From: a virus
Taxonomy: Duplodnaviria > Caudoviricetes
Length of the DNA stretch: 27,518 nucleotides
Virus record (IMG/VR): IMGVR_UViG_3300030095_004360
Location: 1-27,518 of that record
Strand: one strand, 5' to 3'
Shown: piece by piece, positions 26,032 to 27,518 of the stretch
How positions within the stretch are numbered: the stretch's first letter is position 1
Layout of the letters: the number at the start of each line of letters is the position of its first letter
The notes under the pieces: model-generated
The model's database searches: none
Seen by the model: only the letters and a program-made list of their open reading frames with translations
Told to the model about the DNA's origin: nothing
Made by a program: the position numbers and the translations under genes

Positions 26032-26351
26032 TTCCATCTCCTTCTAGCTTGTCTTAGCCTTGAGTTTGGATCTTTAGCTGCTTTTGGAAACTTCTTCATT
26101 TGTCCAGCACTTCTGGCACAAAATGATTTACGTCTCTTTGCGGCCTTAGATCCAGGTTTTACTTTGCCTGTGACTGCTGTTCTAAGTTTTGAACCAGGAT
26201 TATCTCTCCTATACTTAGCAACACCAGCTGCTGTCATCCCCGCTCCACTTTTTGTAGAACGAAAATATTTTTTACTTCGTGGAGGCATTGCATCGCCTCC
26301 ACGTCTTAATTTTAAAAGTTCCGATGTATATACTTTATTAGTAACTTCCAT
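26025..26351 (-). CDS. Basic protein, DUF6321-like
   Basis: GAGMTAAGVAKYRRDNPGSKL...RRKSFCARS...KDPNSRLRQARRRWKC. Confidence 0.75.
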   Translation of the reverse strand: MEVTNKVYTSELLKLRRGGDAMPPRSKKYFRSTKSGAGMTAAGVAKYRRDNPGSKLRTAVTGKVKPGSKAAKRRKSFCARSAGQMKKFPKAAKDPNSRLRQARRRWKC

Positions 26352-26949
26352 CGAAAAATACCGTCACACTATCAAAACCACCGCTGATATCTATGAATGC
26401 ACCATTAGGATAACGAATACCTTCATCAGGAATATAAGGATCTAGCATACCAGCTGCAGCAGGTGCATCTAGTTCTAATCTTTTATCCCCTGTTTGAGAT
26501 CCATTTCTAATGATCATTGCACCAGCAGCCGAAGATTTTGATACTCCATGCATTCCTCTAACTCTTGTCGCTCCAGCAAATACGATACCAGTAGTATCAG
26601 TCGTTGCTGTAAATCCAGCAGAAACTGCTGAAAGGGTTGCTGAGTGACTAATTTGAGTTACTGTTAGAAACTTTGTTGATCCTGTTACCGTTTGAGCGTT
26701 CGGACCAGTACCAATTGTTTCAGAAGCAGCATTACCATTCGCGTCAGTTCCTGTGATTGTAAAAGAAACAGAAGCATTATTGTTAGCAGAGGTTAGTGTA
26801 ACAGTCGTTGACATGTTTGAGCCGTCATTCACAGCAGATCCAGTCAAGGTCATATTTCCTGAACCTGATGGAGATTGCACAGCAGCAATAGCTGTTGTGC
26901 TTGCTGAAACAGCTTTAAACATTTTCGCCTGTATACTTGTACTTGACAT
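26338..26949 (-). CDS. Capsid-associated beta-sandwich structural protein
   Basis: S/T/G/A-rich with an AGGAG SD. Internal FTITGTDANG...ETI...GPN...TVTG...FLTVT module; ATRVRG...IPDEGI flanking motifs. Confidence 0.6.
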   Translation of the reverse strand: MSSTSIQAKMFKAVSASTTAIAAVQSPSGSGNMTLTGSAVNDGSNMSTTVTLTSANNNASVSFTITGTDANGNAASETIGTGPNAQTVTGSTKFLTVTQISHSATLSAVSAGFTATTDTTGIVFAGATRVRGMHGVSKSSAAGAMIIRNGSQTGDKRLELDAPAAAGMLDPYIPDEGIRYPNGAFIDISGGFDSVTVFFDGSY

Positions 26950-26965
26950 ATTTTCTCCTAATTAA

Positions 26966-26983
26966 GTGCTCCCAAAGGAGCAC
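26966..26983 (-). terminator. GC-rich hairpin: weak terminator/attenuator or mRNA-stabilising stem
   Basis: Perfect GTGCTCC-TTTG-GGAGCAC stem in an AT-rich intergenic gap; followed only by TTAATT. Confidence 0.55.
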
Positions 26984-26999
26984 CATTTAATTTTATTTA

Positions 27000-27518
27000 T
27001 TAAAACTGTTGTACGTTTATAATAAATCTCATGTTACCGTTAGCTGATGCGTTTACAGTATTTGTAATTTGCAAGAAAATATTTCTTGCAGCACCAGAAA
27101 CGTTAGCTGCTGGAGAAACAGTTTTTGTTGATGTACCTGTTGTATTGATCAACGTTAAATTGTAACCAGCTCCTGCAGGAACAGTTGTTCCTCCATCCAA
27201 GATAGCATCAGTTACAGCCGCAACTAATTGCGCTCCACCTGTTGCAGTTCCTACTTTGAAACCAATATCACCTGCGCCCGTTAAAGTTGGTGCGGAAGTA
27301 CAAACAATATCAATTGAAGTAATGATGGAATTATTCGGTTGAGAAAATTCAACCTCAGTTGTTCCAGCAGTTGCTGCTACGATTACGTCTGCAGTTCCTT
27401 GACCTACAAGTTTTGTACCTGTGTACACACCTGTTGAACTTATTGCGAATACATTTGTAAAAGCACCTGTAGTCGCGTTTTTCGTTGCTCCAATAAAACC
27501 GTTCTCCGATCGTACTGG
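27000..27518 (-). CDS. Capsid decoration/minor capsid protein (partial; start beyond right edge)
   Basis: The frame stays open past the track start to the window edge: PVRSENGFIGATKNATTGAFTNVFAISSTGVYTG... From memory, GPVRSxNGF is the N-terminal motif of the gene following the major capsid gene in related phages. Confidence 0.65.
   Translation of the reverse strand, partial: PVRSENGFIGATKNATTGAFTNVFAISSTGVYTGTKLVGQGTADVIVAATAGTTEVEFSQPNNSIITSIDIVCTSAPTLTGAGDIGFKVGTATGGAQLVAAVTDAILDGGTTVPAGAGYNLTLINTTGTSTKTVSPAANVSGAARNIFLQITNTVNASANGNMRFIINVQQF

Noticed and set aside
4312-26965. All other plus-strand track ORFs (e.g. 10725-11156, 15710-15985, 16193-16525, 25650-25937)
   Set aside because: They lie opposite well-supported minus-strand genes and show no motifs. 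The poly-Pro of 15710-15985 simply mirrors Gly codons.
27000-27428. Track start at 27428 (GTG)
   Set aside because: The frame is open to the window edge and includes a conserved-looking N-terminal motif, so the true start is outside the window.
1-27518. CRISPR array, tRNA, integrase/IS, diversity-generating retroelement, alternative genetic code
   Set aside because: I saw no spaced repeats, cloverleaf, recombinase, reverse transcriptase or TR/VR pair. The standard code gives near-complete coding density with TAA, TAG and TGA all used as stops.

Overview
AT-rich tailed-phage (podovirus-type) late/morphogenesis region, with essentially every credible gene on the minus strand and tightly coupled by TAATG/ATGA overlaps. 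In transcription order (right to left): capsid-associated proteins (the major capsid gene probably lies just beyond the right edge), basic Cys-containing head-associated proteins, a membrane/secreted cluster with an unannotated amphipathic peptide, a NodU/CmcH carbamoyltransferase, a peptidase M15 endolysin, adaptor/tail proteins, a Gly/Pro-rich tail fibre, a tail nozzle, and internal virion (DNA ejection) proteins running off the left edge. Five 2OG-Fe(II) oxygenases and two glycosyltransferases are interleaved with the structural genes. From memory, gene content and composition resemble marine Pelagibacter-type phages (vSAG 37-F6/HTVC023P-like); this was not searched. I found several features absent from the ORF track: seven small ORFs, the left-edge ORF, four sigma70-like extended -10 promoters, two RNA hairpins and duplicated junctions around three accessory genes. 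The main hypotheses are a virion-modification (hydroxylate/glycosylate/carbamoylate) system, a shared xxxGG processing signal on packaged cargo proteins, and a disruptin-like lysis peptide.
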